A stretch of 24,583 nt of DNA from IMG/VR virus record IMGVR_UViG_3300017761_000580, positions 1 to 24,583 of that record, one strand, 5' to 3'. Each line of letters begins with the position of its first letter. Position 1 is the first letter of the stretch. Position numbers and translations under genes: made by a program. Below are positions 15,692 through 24,583 of the stretch, one piece after another. A model generated the notes under the pieces. It saw only the letters and a program-made list of their open reading frames with translations, was not told where the DNA came from and made no database searches. The DNA is from a virus (taxonomy: Duplodnaviria; Caudoviricetes).

Positions 15692-17721
15692 TATGCAGCC
15701 CTCGCAAACATACTAAGCCCACGCTTCGGCAGCTTGCCGTAGCTGGCCTTCTTTAGAGAACCCTTCTTGATCGCGCCGCCTTTGGCTTTAAGGGCACCAT
15801 AAGCGCCAACCGCAGTAGCAGCCAACCCAGCTATCTGCCCCGCAGTACTCCCGCCGGGTGCAGATGTGGCGCTCACTCCAGACGTTCCGCCCGCCGGTGC
15901 GCCCGCCGCGATGTTAGACGCCTGACCGACATTGTAGAACGGCGCAGCGGCCTGTTCCGTAACCAGCCTCCTGCCAGCATCAATACCGGCCTGCTCCCTA
16001 CCATACGTGCCTTCACCAACGGACTGTAACGCAGCGGCGTCTGTAAGGCCCATCTTCTGAGTAGTCTGGCCAAGATTAAGATTAGCCTGTCCCGCCGCAA
16101 GCTGCCCTGCTTGGTTTTCTCGCATCAAAGTACCACGGGCAGTGCCAAGACCAGCTTGGCCCGCACCAACGGCAATCTGCCCAGCTTGGTTGGCTTGCAT
16201 TAAGTTGCCACGGGAAGTGCCGAGGTTGGCCTGCCCCGCACCAACTGCAACTTGGTTGGCCGCATTGGCTTGCATTAAGTTGCCACGGGAAGTGCCGAGG
16301 TTAGCCTGCCCCGCACCAACGGCAACCTTGTTGGCTGCGTTAGCCTGCATCGCATTACTACGACCGGCGGCAACATTGGCGTAGCCCTGACCAGCGGCAA
16401 GTTGACGCGCATAATCATCTTGGCTGGCTTGAATATTGGCCCGACCAATTTCAGATAGCCCCTGGCCCGCCTGAAGCCGACGCGCCGCGTCGGCAGCAGA
16501 GAACCCTGCCCCTGCTTGGCCAACTCCACTAATACCGCTAGCGGCACCCTGTAGAAGCTGCTGCTGCTGAGTGCCAAGTTGGCCTGCTGTACCGGCCAAG
16601 TTGCCGTACCGCGACAGATCGCCCGCAGAGGCCGTAAGTGCTTGCCCGTAGCCCTGCTGAAGCGCCTGCGCCTGTTGGGCCAAGGTGGAGTCTAGGGAAT
16701 CACGCGCCGCACGGCCAATTAGATCGCGCTGACGGGTAGAGCCGTAACCACCGGCCTTGATAAAGTCGCTGCTAATAGAAGGCAGGATATTCTCGGACAG
16801 GTTCCGCGCCCCAAGCTCCCCGATGCGTTTTATTACCTGTTCGTTATATGGATTCATGTACTGCCCAATGTTTTGGGCAGAAGACTGTCCAGCCGCCTGT
16901 AGGTACGGTGACGCCGAAGACAGCCCCAGGGCATCCGTAGATTGCCCATAAAGATTTGTGGCCGCGTCTCCGTAACGTTGGTATTGGCCAGCGGTATCGG
17001 TGCCAGCAGCGCGGTTATACATCCCTGTAGCAGCATCAAACTGGCCCTGCCCCGCTAGTCCGGACCGCCCCGCAGCGGCTTGGTCATAAAACCCGCTGGC
17101 CCGGTTGTAATCTCCCGCACCAGCCCCGTAGATGTCCATTTGGTTGGCATCGGAGTAAGAGTCGCCAGCCCGGTCAAAATTACCTCGTCCAGCGCCGTAG
17201 ATGTCCATCCCGGCTGCTCTGCCGTAAGCCCCACCGGCTTGGTCAAAAGCGGGCAAGCCAGCACCAAACACATCCATCCCAGCGGCCCTGCCGTAAGCCC
17301 CACCAGCTTGGTCAAAAGCGGGTGCACCCGCGCCGGAGATGTCCATGCCAGAGGCAGCGCCAATGTTGGTTCTGCCGCGTCCTACGTCAGCAAGGCCAGC
17401 GCCCTGGCCAGCGCGGACGGCAGCATTGGCGTCTTCAATGTCTTTGTTTGTCTTAGCCGTTAGGGGTACGTTTGGGTCGCGGTCAAACGCACCCTCATAC
17501 ATTTGCTCCCCGTTGTTCGGGTCGAGCTTTGGAGTGCCGTCAGGGTTGTATAACTTTTCCCCACCTTTATCATTCCACTTCGCCCCATAAACAGTAGGCG
17601 TACGCCCCCCCAGCCCTACGAGACCTGGGTATATGGCGTTGCGAAACGCTTCCGTAGCCGCATCAGGTCTATTTTGTATAGTTGAGGTGGTTACGTTAGT
17701 GGAATATGTCGGTGAGGCCAT
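15691..17721 (-). CDS. Putative DNA-ejection (pilot-type) protein, Gly/Ala/Gln-rich with internal repeats
   Basis: YMNPYNEQVI...AGGYGSTR core and QQAQALQQGYGQA. C-terminal GQIAGLAATAVGAYGAL segment. All are typical of podophage injection proteins. Confidence 0.72.
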   Translation of the reverse strand: MASPTYSTNVTTSTIQNRPDAATEAFRNAIYPGLVGLGGRTPTVYGAKWNDKGGEKLYNPDGTPKLDPNNGEQMYEGAFDRDPNVPLTAKTNKDIEDANAAVRAGQGAGLADVGRGRTNIGAASGMDISGAGAPAFDQAGGAYGRAAGMDVFGAGLPAFDQAGGAYGRAAGMDIYGAGRGNFDRAGDSYSDANQMDIYGAGAGDYNRASGFYDQAAAGRSGLAGQGQFDAATGMYNRAAGTDTAGQYQRYGDAATNLYGQSTDALGLSSASPYLQAAGQSSAQNIGQYMNPYNEQVIKRIGELGARNLSENILPSISSDFIKAGGYGSTRQRDLIGRAARDSLDSTLAQQAQALQQGYGQALTASAGDLSRYGNLAGTAGQLGTQQQQLLQGAASGISGVGQAGAGFSAADAARRLQAGQGLSEIGRANIQASQDDYARQLAAGQGYANVAAGRSNAMQANAANKVAVGAGQANLGTSRGNLMQANAANQVAVGAGQANLGTSRGNLMQANQAGQIAVGAGQAGLGTARGTLMRENQAGQLAAGQANLNLGQTTQKMGLTDAAALQSVGEGTYGREQAGIDAGRRLVTEQAAAPFYNVGQASNIAAGAPAGGTSGVSATSAPGGSTAGQIAGLAATAVGAYGALKAKGGAIKKGSLKKASYGKLPKRGLSMFARAA
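16078..16350 (-). repeat. Four ~75-bp (25-aa) tandem coding repeats
   Basis: MQANAANKVAVGAGQANLGTSRGNL-like units with Met codons at 16350, 16275, 16200 and 16125. The last unit is partial. Confidence 0.92.
17074..17349 (-). repeat. Four 69-bp (23-aa) tandem coding repeats
   Basis: GMDxxGAGxPAFDQAGGAYGRAA-like units with Met codons at 17346, 17277, 17208 and 17139. Confidence 0.92.
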
Positions 17722-17731
17722 GTGCTATCTC

Positions 17732-19054
17732 CTACGCCCGTGCGCTTTGTAACAAAAGTCCAAGACCCTTTTGTTTAGGCGAGGCTTTGCGGGGATTCTT
17801 GCGACCAGCATTGTTGCGGATTTTTTGCTTCATTTGTTCAATCCGCTTATGGCCGGTGTCGTTGTCGCCGTTGCCAAGGTCCGAAACCGTGGCTGCGTCA
17901 ATTACGTGTTCGCCAACCGAAAGCATCGCCGGGATGTCGTCGCTCTTGCCATCGCCAGGACCATTGATGCGGCCACCGCCACGAGCGTTCATATAACCCG
18001 TCAACGCGGCAGACATAAGCTGCGGCATGGCAGCAGACGGCGGAAGGCCCATGCCCGCAGGAGCAACATCGCCGCCATCAGCGTAGCCCATGTTTGGATC
18101 ATACATAGGCATAGGCGCGGGTTTGTAAGGAGGGCTTTGCCCCGGCAGCAAGCCACCGCGATTAGGCCGCATAAATGCAAACACATTGTTGGGATCATAC
18201 GGCGGGGGTGGAGGAAGCATAGGCAGGGGGGCTGCGGGCCTTGGTTGGTTTGGAATGGCAGCGCCAAGGCCAGCACCTAAAACGCCGTATCCGGCGTTCA
18301 TCATATCCGAGCCAAAGGCGCTAAGGCCGGTCTTAACAGCGGGGGCATAGATAGAAGCGGGAGCTAAAGCAGGAGCTAGTGAAGAAGTAAAAGAGGGAGC
18401 GGCAGCGGACGGGGCGGCAGCAGCTAATAACCCACTAAACCCCGTACCAGCGACAGGGGCGAAGACCCCCCCGGCGGCGGGCGCTACTGAGGAAATCGTA
18501 GCTGGGGCCATTGAGGCCATAGACCCGACACCAGCGGCTCCTGCGCTTGGTAACTCACTAACAAATGCTGGAGTAAATGGCGCTCCCTGCACCGCAGAAG
18601 TACTAACCGCAGGAGTACCCGCAGCCTGTAGCGCCCCAGTACCAGCCGCTTTAAGCGCTATGTCTTTGCCAGTAGTTGTAACAAGGTCCGACAATCCTCT
18701 AGTGCCACTCGCATAGCTACCAAGCCCAGACGTTAGCCCTGAAATAGCGCCGGTTGTCAGCGCAGACTTCCAAGAGTCCCCCGTCAGCTTAGACACAGCC
18801 GCGCTGGCAGCAGCGGCACCCAAAGGACCGCCGTACATAAAGCCCACGGTAGACGCGCCGATCTTGGCGACGGCCTTTAAAATGTTACCAAACGCGCCGT
18901 ACTCGGCCAGACCCGTGACCGGGTTCACGCGCCGACCGCCTTGCATGTAATCGAGCATGGCGGATTCATCAGGCGAGATGTGCGCGAGGCTTCTATCTGG
19001 CCCACGGCCATATGACTCAATCTGCCTAGCCGCCTGTACTAAACCCATAGTCAT
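17732..19054 (-). CDS. Putative internal virion/ejection protein
   Basis: N-terminal GRGPDRSLAHISPDE...NPVTGLAEY and C-terminal GPGDGKSDDIPAMLSVGEHVIDAATV motifs. The latter resembles tape-measure C-terminal motifs. Ala/Gly-rich middle. Confidence 0.72.
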   Translation of the reverse strand: MTMGLVQAARQIESYGRGPDRSLAHISPDESAMLDYMQGGRRVNPVTGLAEYGAFGNILKAVAKIGASTVGFMYGGPLGAAAASAAVSKLTGDSWKSALTTGAISGLTSGLGSYASGTRGLSDLVTTTGKDIALKAAGTGALQAAGTPAVSTSAVQGAPFTPAFVSELPSAGAAGVGSMASMAPATISSVAPAAGGVFAPVAGTGFSGLLAAAAPSAAAPSFTSSLAPALAPASIYAPAVKTGLSAFGSDMMNAGYGVLGAGLGAAIPNQPRPAAPLPMLPPPPPYDPNNVFAFMRPNRGGLLPGQSPPYKPAPMPMYDPNMGYADGGDVAPAGMGLPPSAAMPQLMSAALTGYMNARGGGRINGPGDGKSDDIPAMLSVGEHVIDAATVSDLGNGDNDTGHKRIEQMKQKIRNNAGRKNPRKASPKQKGLGLLLQSARA

Positions 19055-19296
19055 GATCGACTCGCTAATATTTCTACAAAGCGTTGCGCCCAGGTATCGA
19101 AGTCTGAAAAATCGTATGGATTGGGCAGAACTATAGCATTAAGGGACGGCAAAAGTAACGCCGCAGCGCCCCAGGATTTCCAGTCTTCAGACCTCTGTAG
19201 GTTAGGCAAAGAGCCAAATTTGTCCATATACATGGCCATAGCCCCTGTCCACTCCACGGCGTTCATACCCTGCGGGGATATGACATGGGTGCCCAT
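19051..19296 (-). CDS. Small conserved phage protein
   Basis: Translationally coupled on both sides. W...WKSWG...PNPYDFSDFDTWAQRF pattern. Confidence 0.7.
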   Translation of the reverse strand: MGTHVISPQGMNAVEWTGAMAMYMDKFGSLPNLQRSEDWKSWGAAALLLPSLNAIVLPNPYDFSDFDTWAQRFVEILASRS

Positions 19297-21140
19297 TACG
19301 AGGTTATCCTGGCATCGGCTGGCCTGACTTGGGCAATCGTGTCGCCCATCTGGTAATCGCCGCCCACGACGTTGCTTTCAAACTTAAAGCGCATCTGACG
19401 GCGTTGCTCACGAACATACACAACCTGATCTTCAGCCGAAGTGGCCGTTGCCGGAAACGATATGGGGTCACTGTAAACATCGGGGGCACGGGCATTGGAG
19501 TACGAGCCAGCAACTTGGACGGTCATATCCCCAGATTGTATAAAGTCCGGTTCAAAGTAATCCACGTATAGCCCCCGGTTTGTGGGTGGCTGCATATCGG
19601 CTGGCCAGATGGCGTTGGTTTCAAAGTACGACTGGACGGCTAGTGTGTAGTTGCCGTCAATGTCGTCGGTGCCAAACTCATGCTGCCAGAGTTTGTATTT
19701 TGATGCGCCTGAAGCAATGATTGTAAAAACACCTGCGGCTGGAGTCGCCGCGCCAGATTGAGTTAATCCATACGAGCCTGATTTTTCGCCATCAGTAATA
19801 GAAGTAAAAGTAACAGCCGAACCGTTTTGGGTGGCAATCCAACCCGTATAAGTCCCAGCCGCTATTTGCGCCGCTGTTGTAGTTAAAGATGCGTTGTTTG
19901 TTGCCGTAACATTAACTGCGGTCGCGTCATCAAGAATCACATTATAACTTGAAACAGATGTACTAGCCGTTGTGATCTGCAACGTAATGGTAGCTTTGGC
20001 TGCGACAGGCTCTGTCCCCGTCATCAACGGCGACCTGTACACACGCGCAAACTGACCAGCGGATCGGCCATCATTGGGAAGCTCTGTGTCGTACCAAACC
20101 GCATACCCAAGCATACGAGATAGCCTGACGTTATAAATCACGGCATGGGTACATTCGGTGGCGGTGCCACGCGGATAACACCACCAGATTTCGCCCCAAC
20201 GCGGAATCTTGAAGGCAAAAACTTTCTGCGACTGAGCGTAGTTCAGGTTGTCGTAGAACCAGTTAAGGTTCATGCCGTTTTCAACTTCCTGAATAACGCC
20301 GTTAAAGCTCAAGAAGTGATCTATGCCAGCCCAGTAATAAATGCCGTCATACTCAATAACGCACTGAGAGGACAGCAAGCTGTAGGCAGAGGTTATGTTG
20401 TCAAAGTTGAACAGCGTAACGCCGCCCACATACGTCATGCGTACCAGGGCATCAATACCCCAGATCAGGCCGGAAGGACCGTTGCCAGCCCCGGCGCGGA
20501 CGGGGAGCGCGTACACCAACTTTGATGCCGTTGGGCGGTAAGAGTTTGGCCACGCGGTTACCACATTATTCTCAAGGCTGACATGCACAACGCCGTCATG
20601 GCCATAACTTACGGCGAATGGATTAAGAGAAAACACACCGCCAGATACAGGAGGTGAGCCTGTTGCGACCAAGGCCGAAGTGCCAAGAACATCTCCGTAA
20701 TATACCGGCGTTTCTGTAGATGCTGAAATGTCAGTTAAATTCGGCGCGGCATGAGCGAGTAAAACGGTAGAGTTCACGGTTGTCCCATCATACAGCGTAT
20801 CAAACTGCCAAAGGTTCTTTGCATCAGCGGCAAATCCTACCGGCGTCCTGTCAGAAATGGACGACACATTGCCGTTCTGATCCAGTATGAAACGCTCCAA
20901 ACCATCAGACCAGCCAGAGTGAGTGTAGGTATTTAAGTCGCTGTTAAAGACGTTAAGTCCGCGAGAGATACCTGACAATTCAGCCGTCAGACGACGATAG
21001 CCGCCCATCTTGCGCGGCAAGCCCTTACGCAACTGAAAGCGACACCATTGCGTATCGACATAGTTATCCCCTTGCAGAAGAGCGCCGTCGCGTTTGCACC
21101 CTGCTTGCGAAGCTATATTTATAGGAACCAGATCGGCCAT
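19296..21140 (-). CDS. Tail tubular/nozzle protein (P22 gp10-like head-stabilisation protein)
   Basis: WCRFQ..LPRKMGGY start, beta-propeller-like body, GEIWWCYP, AVIYN, WQHEFG and RQMRFKFES. Lies between the adaptor/fibre genes and the ejection genes. Confidence 0.75.
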   Translation of the reverse strand: MADLVPINIASQAGCKRDGALLQGDNYVDTQWCRFQLRKGLPRKMGGYRRLTAELSGISRGLNVFNSDLNTYTHSGWSDGLERFILDQNGNVSSISDRTPVGFAADAKNLWQFDTLYDGTTVNSTVLLAHAAPNLTDISASTETPVYYGDVLGTSALVATGSPPVSGGVFSLNPFAVSYGHDGVVHVSLENNVVTAWPNSYRPTASKLVYALPVRAGAGNGPSGLIWGIDALVRMTYVGGVTLFNFDNITSAYSLLSSQCVIEYDGIYYWAGIDHFLSFNGVIQEVENGMNLNWFYDNLNYAQSQKVFAFKIPRWGEIWWCYPRGTATECTHAVIYNVRLSRMLGYAVWYDTELPNDGRSAGQFARVYRSPLMTGTEPVAAKATITLQITTASTSVSSYNVILDDATAVNVTATNNASLTTTAAQIAAGTYTGWIATQNGSAVTFTSITDGEKSGSYGLTQSGAATPAAGVFTIIASGASKYKLWQHEFGTDDIDGNYTLAVQSYFETNAIWPADMQPPTNRGLYVDYFEPDFIQSGDMTVQVAGSYSNARAPDVYSDPISFPATATSAEDQVVYVREQRRQMRFKFESNVVGGDYQMGDTIAQVRPADARITS

Positions 21141-22336
21141 TAGCTGAAGATCAATGAGTAAGATACAACGTCAAGAGTTGACGGACCGCCAAGGTTAAAC
21201 AACGCTTGGCTAGCCGTTGTCGCGCCCGTACCGCCATCACCAATAGCAAGTGGTGTGCTGAGTCCTGTTGTATCGGCGTTTACAACAATCGTCGCGTTAG
21301 AATACAAAATTTCGCGTCTTGGGCTAGTGCCGTCGTTTTCAACATCTGCGCCGCCGGTCTGCGTTGATGTCTTTACAAGGAACGTAAAACCAGTGCCGCC
21401 CGTCGTTGAGTTATCAACCCAGTATTGTTGCGCTGTGAACGGAACAATAATGTTTACCGCGCCACCAATAGCTCCATAAAATTTAATAGCGGTTTTATTA
21501 AGTTCTGAACCAATTAATGTGTAATCGCCAAAACCAAGCCAACCCAACCTTGAACCGGCGGCAAGGTTAATTTCAATATAAGAAAACGCATAAACCGCAT
21601 CCTGTCCAAAACCAACGGTAAACATATTAGAAGCGTTGGTCGTGACAATGCAGCTATCGCCAGGATTCATGGTCTTTGTAGGTTGACCATCAATCTCTGT
21701 TGCGGGGCTACCAGGAGGCGAAAGAACAAGCGCCCCTGTGCCTTGGTTTACAATATTTACAAACCACCCAGTTGTAAGCGTGGCCAACGGATCAAACGTA
21801 AATGTGCCAGCACCGCCATTATAAATGATTGTAGCGGCACGGTTTGACGCTGTAATCAAGGCGCTTGCTGAAACAGTGACCGGAAGATATTGCTGGTTTA
21901 GCGTTGTGCTAATTGCCTTAATGCCAAAACCAGCAAGATCGCCTGCCACAGCCGCCGATGTACCCGCCCCCGCCTGATAAACGCGATACGCGCCGGACGC
22001 TGTGCTGTTGTCGGTTACATATGCCGACCATGCCGCGCCAGCGGTAGCGGTTAGAATCGTGCCGCCGCCGTTAGCCAGCACCGTGAAGGCGCTGGTGCCC
22101 ACGTTGTTGAACAGCATGTTGTAGCCAACCGAGACTTGGTTGGCTGGCGGCAATGTGAAGGTAAGGCTAGTCGTGGTGCCAAAGCTAATGTCGTTGATCG
22201 CCGCGACTACGTTCTGGCTGGTCGAGGCTTCAGTCGGCCATACGGACGTAATGCTGGAAGTGGCACTGTAAGACTTATAACTAGGCTGCGCTGGGTCAAG
22301 CGTTCCGCCGCCGAATACTTGTGTAAAGCTGGTCAC
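21140..22336 (-). CDS. Tail fibre/needle-like structural protein
   Basis: Thr/Ser/Gly-rich beta protein with TLPPA..VGY and C-terminal LAIGDGGTGATTASQALFNLG, a common tail-fibre motif. Confidence 0.68.
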   Translation of the reverse strand: MTSFTQVFGGGTLDPAQPSYKSYSATSSITSVWPTEASTSQNVVAAINDISFGTTTSLTFTLPPANQVSVGYNMLFNNVGTSAFTVLANGGGTILTATAGAAWSAYVTDNSTASGAYRVYQAGAGTSAAVAGDLAGFGIKAISTTLNQQYLPVTVSASALITASNRAATIIYNGGAGTFTFDPLATLTTGWFVNIVNQGTGALVLSPPGSPATEIDGQPTKTMNPGDSCIVTTNASNMFTVGFGQDAVYAFSYIEINLAAGSRLGWLGFGDYTLIGSELNKTAIKFYGAIGGAVNIIVPFTAQQYWVDNSTTGGTGFTFLVKTSTQTGGADVENDGTSPRREILYSNATIVVNADTTGLSTPLAIGDGGTGATTASQALFNLGGPSTLDVVSYSLIFS

Positions 22337-22995
22337 GCCGTATTCCTTTTCTGTGCGCGGTCGAGAATCTTCTGCAAGTCCTCGCTATTCAATGCCGACA
22401 TATCGCGGTCATAAGCCTGGGACCAAGCAGCAGCCTGTTCTGGATTCTTCAGGTACGTGAACGCTTCAGTCAATGTACCGTGAAGCAAAGCATTGGGCGC
22501 GTATTCCGTCAGCCAATTTGTCTGCAACGTATCATCCAGCAACGGCGGAAGCTGCCAGTAGTTGATTTCATACGGGAACGTCGTTGACGGTGTTGGCACA
22601 AAAATAAGATGGTTGTAGTCATAATCCGCATAATACTTAGGCGTGCCGGTTTGGGTATCATCCGGCCAATATGTACGGATGTATTCATACGAACGCGGCA
22701 ACAGCGTAACGCGGGTGTTGAACGTCGTGGCCGTGCCTACATTGGTGCCGACATTGATGCTGACGGTTTCACGCCAGCGGTCTGGCTTCTGGTAAACGCC
22801 GACTGACGTTGTGTAAGCCGTGTTTACGTTGTTGATAAAGCCTTGGATTTTAAGCTCACGCGCAATCTGACGCTCACGCAGATTAATAAACCCAGGAAGC
22901 TGGGCGTTGAACTGCGTATCAACAGCCGAGCCGCCGCGTTCGCAGTACGAGCGAACATCGGCTTGCAGGCTGGTGAAGGTCATTGCGGTCGGCAT
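22333..22995 (-). CDS. Head-tail adaptor / tail tubular protein A-like
   Basis: MTFTSLQADVRSY, FINLRERQIARELK, GTPKYYA, PTP and TNWLTEYAPNALLHGTLTEAFTYLK match a widespread podophage adaptor family. Confidence 0.78.
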   Translation of the reverse strand: MPTAMTFTSLQADVRSYCERGGSAVDTQFNAQLPGFINLRERQIARELKIQGFINNVNTAYTTSVGVYQKPDRWRETVSINVGTNVGTATTFNTRVTLLPRSYEYIRTYWPDDTQTGTPKYYADYDYNHLIFVPTPSTTFPYEINYWQLPPLLDDTLQTNWLTEYAPNALLHGTLTEAFTYLKNPEQAAAWSQAYDRDMSALNSEDLQKILDRAQKRNTA

Positions 22996-23363
22996 TACGG
23001 GTAGACCACGCTCGTTGCTGAAGACGCGTTAAGAGCAGGCGTCGTCCCCAAAGTCAGGGCGGCAGTCATAGTTAGGCCGGAAAAAACTTGGAAATTAGCC
23101 GCCCCCGCCGTTCCCAACACAACAAGGCCCGTCCCCGTCCAAGCGTTTTGAATAACGTAATCTTTAGTCTGTCCTGTAGTTGGAAAGAACACGCTCCAAG
23201 CAGTGACTAAGGTTGCCGTGCCTGTTATTCTAATAACATTATTTCTAGCTTGCTCTGCTGTTAAGTTAAGATTTCCAGCAGCAGACAGCGTTGCTGAAAA
23301 AGAAACCAAACTTGCAGAAAATGCAGGTGCCGGTGGGAAGAACGGCGTCATAGGATTGCCCAT
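22995..23363 (-). CDS. Putative small virion structural protein
   Basis: Coupled to the adaptor gene. LTAEQARNNVIRITGT motif seen in tail-associated proteins. Confidence 0.6.
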   Translation of the reverse strand: MGNPMTPFFPPAPAFSASLVSFSATLSAAGNLNLTAEQARNNVIRITGTATLVTAWSVFFPTTGQTKDYVIQNAWTGTGLVVLGTAGAANFQVFSGLTMTAALTLGTTPALNASSATSVVYP

Positions 23364-23370
23364 GATGCAC

Positions 23371-23763
23371 CTACGCTGAAGCTGTATAAGTTCGCGTCAC
23401 GCCGCCATAGGCAACAACTCCACTAGCCGAACACCAAATACCAATCGTGCCGCTTCCACTGATAGGCGTGCCGGGTTGGATTATGGCATACGAAGATGTT
23501 GCAATAGTAATCGGTATAGATTGAGTGGTTGCTGTAGACCCCATTTGCAAAAAGGCAACCACGTTTGATGTAGAGCCTACGTTTGCAACATAGATGATTG
23601 GAATATCGTATGCCCTGGCGTCAGCCACATGGATTGTGGTTCCGCCAGCCGTTGCGCTTGTGGCCGCAATATTAATTACGGGGCTGCTGGCAAGCGCGGC
23701 ACTAAACGGAAAGAAGTCTGTGGTTGGAGATGTCCCCGGCCCACGGCCAATGAAGGTTGTCAT
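23371..23763 (-). CDS. Putative small beta-rich virion protein
   Basis: Thr/Ser/Ala-rich with GTTIHVA...IYVAN pattern. Within the structural operon. Confidence 0.62.
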   Translation of the reverse strand: MTTFIGRGPGTSPTTDFFPFSAALASSPVINIAATSATAGGTTIHVADARAYDIPIIYVANVGSTSNVVAFLQMGSTATTQSIPITIATSSYAIIQPGTPISGSGTIGIWCSASGVVAYGGVTRTYTASA

Positions 23764-24108
23764 CTACGTAATCTCCACAATAGTAGCAACCGCATCAATG
23801 CCGGTGGTTGCATAAGCGGTTACTTGGATTGAGCCGCCTGTAGGCAGTACGTGTTTCTCAACACCGACCGCCACAACGGACCCGCCGGGGGGAATCGGCG
23901 TTTTAACGGCAACATAGAAAGTCGTGGTGCCGTTATTTATGCCAATGTCGGCATAATTCATGGCGTTAGAGGTGGCACTATTTGCCAACGTAAGGCCCAA
24001 GATCATGCCTCTGGTGCTGGCCGGGACGGTATAACTGCCAACTGTATTGGCAGTCGTGGCCGTGATAATTGACGCCTTAAATAGATACTGCGTTGCTGTA
24101 AAAGCCAT
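23764..24108 (-). CDS. Putative small beta-rich virion protein
   Basis: YTVPASTRGMILGLTLAN...IPPGGS...KHVL..GGSIQVTA...IDAVATIVEIT is a recurrent phage tail-region family pattern. Confidence 0.68.
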   Translation of the reverse strand: MAFTATQYLFKASIITATTANTVGSYTVPASTRGMILGLTLANSATSNAMNYADIGINNGTTTFYVAVKTPIPPGGSVVAVGVEKHVLPTGGSIQVTAYATTGIDAVATIVEIT

Positions 24109-24473
24109 TAGACCATTCCTTCAACTTCTACCCAGCTAAGGGTCGGCTCGTCCCAACTGTACCGTTTCCCGTCAGTCGGCATTGACACAGGAGCTTGCCA
24201 GTCGGTGTTCTCGTCCAGCGCCCAGGACGGGTACGGCTGGGGAACAATGAACACATTCCGGCCCGCGTCGTAAGTATAGCCGATACCAGCGTAACGCTTG
24301 CGAATATTAGCATTATAACTGGTTTGTTTCCAGATGCCGCCTAATAGGCGTTCGCAGAAAGCCGTGCCAATGCTTTCTACTTCGACGCCGTTGGCGTCGG
24401 CGGTGTCTGCGTTTGCGACAACGATCACACGCAGGACGATGTTATTGGCGTCTAGTTCAGCAAAGTGAGCCAT
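24108..24473 (-). CDS. Tail-fibre-associated protein (MAHFAEL family)
   Basis: MAHFAELD.NNIVLRVIVV...WKQTSYN..IRKRYAGIGYTYD...FI.PQPYPSW...W.APV.MP...Y.WDE. This pattern commonly follows glycine-rich tail proteins. Confidence 0.75.
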   Translation of the reverse strand: MAHFAELDANNIVLRVIVVANADTADANGVEVESIGTAFCERLLGGIWKQTSYNANIRKRYAGIGYTYDAGRNVFIVPQPYPSWALDENTDWQAPVSMPTDGKRYSWDEPTLSWVEVEGMV

Positions 24474-24480
24474 TGTGGTC

Positions 24481-24583
24481 CTATTGGAATTGATAACGAA
24501 TAATCACGACACCTGTACCGCCTACTCCGCCTGCAATATTAGCTCCACCAGTGTAGCCGCCAGCGCCACCGCCGCCGCCTGTA
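24481..24583 (-). CDS. Partial CDS: C-terminus of a glycine-rich tail/receptor-binding protein
   Basis: Minus strand reads TGGGGGAGGYTGGANIAGGVGGTGVVIIRYQFQ*. G.GVVIIRY is the typical end of phage glycine-rich domains. Confidence 0.8.
   Translation of the reverse strand, partial: TGGGGGAGGYTGGANIAGGVGGTGVVIIRYQFQ

Noticed and set aside
16078-17349. CRISPR-like array, given the Cas4-like gene
   Set aside because: Repeats are in-frame 69- and 75-bp tandem coding units with synonymous variation and no unique spacers.
17771-18280. 169-aa plus-strand ORF and other short late-region antisense ORFs
   Set aside because: Opposite to the coupled late operon, with no RBS or family motifs.

Overview
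A 24.6 kb segment of a tailed dsDNA phage genome with short-tail (podovirus-like) virion genes. The spanin pair points to a Gram-negative host, probably alphaproteobacterial (inference). Positions 1-8605 hold small accessory and HTH genes, a leftward primase-polymerase/RusA/Cro-like unit, and a rightward recombination/replication operon (AAA_24 ATPase, DUF669 SSB, Cas4-like nuclease, SF2 helicase, Zn-finger protein ending DDEVPF). Positions 9373-24583 hold a leftward late operon: tail and adaptor proteins, four large ejection-type proteins (one with an SLT domain), a lysis cassette, and a terminal ADP-ribosyltransferase-like gene. Two things stand out. First, a short [YMKN]-A-x-G-G-x-[VI]-like peptide tag recurs 10 times across five late proteins, including both ends of the ART-like enzyme, which suggests a shared capsid-loading or processing signal for injected cargo. 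Second, a 771-bp self-contained cassette (promoter, ~200-nt structured leader with an rrn-like hairpin-boxA, orphan ORF, terminator) sits between two diverged copies of an 89-bp gene end, so the target gene was repaired with an alternative C-terminus. No integrase, stand-alone DNA polymerase, tRNA or CRISPR array was seen. Family assignments come from motif recognition by eye, not database searches.
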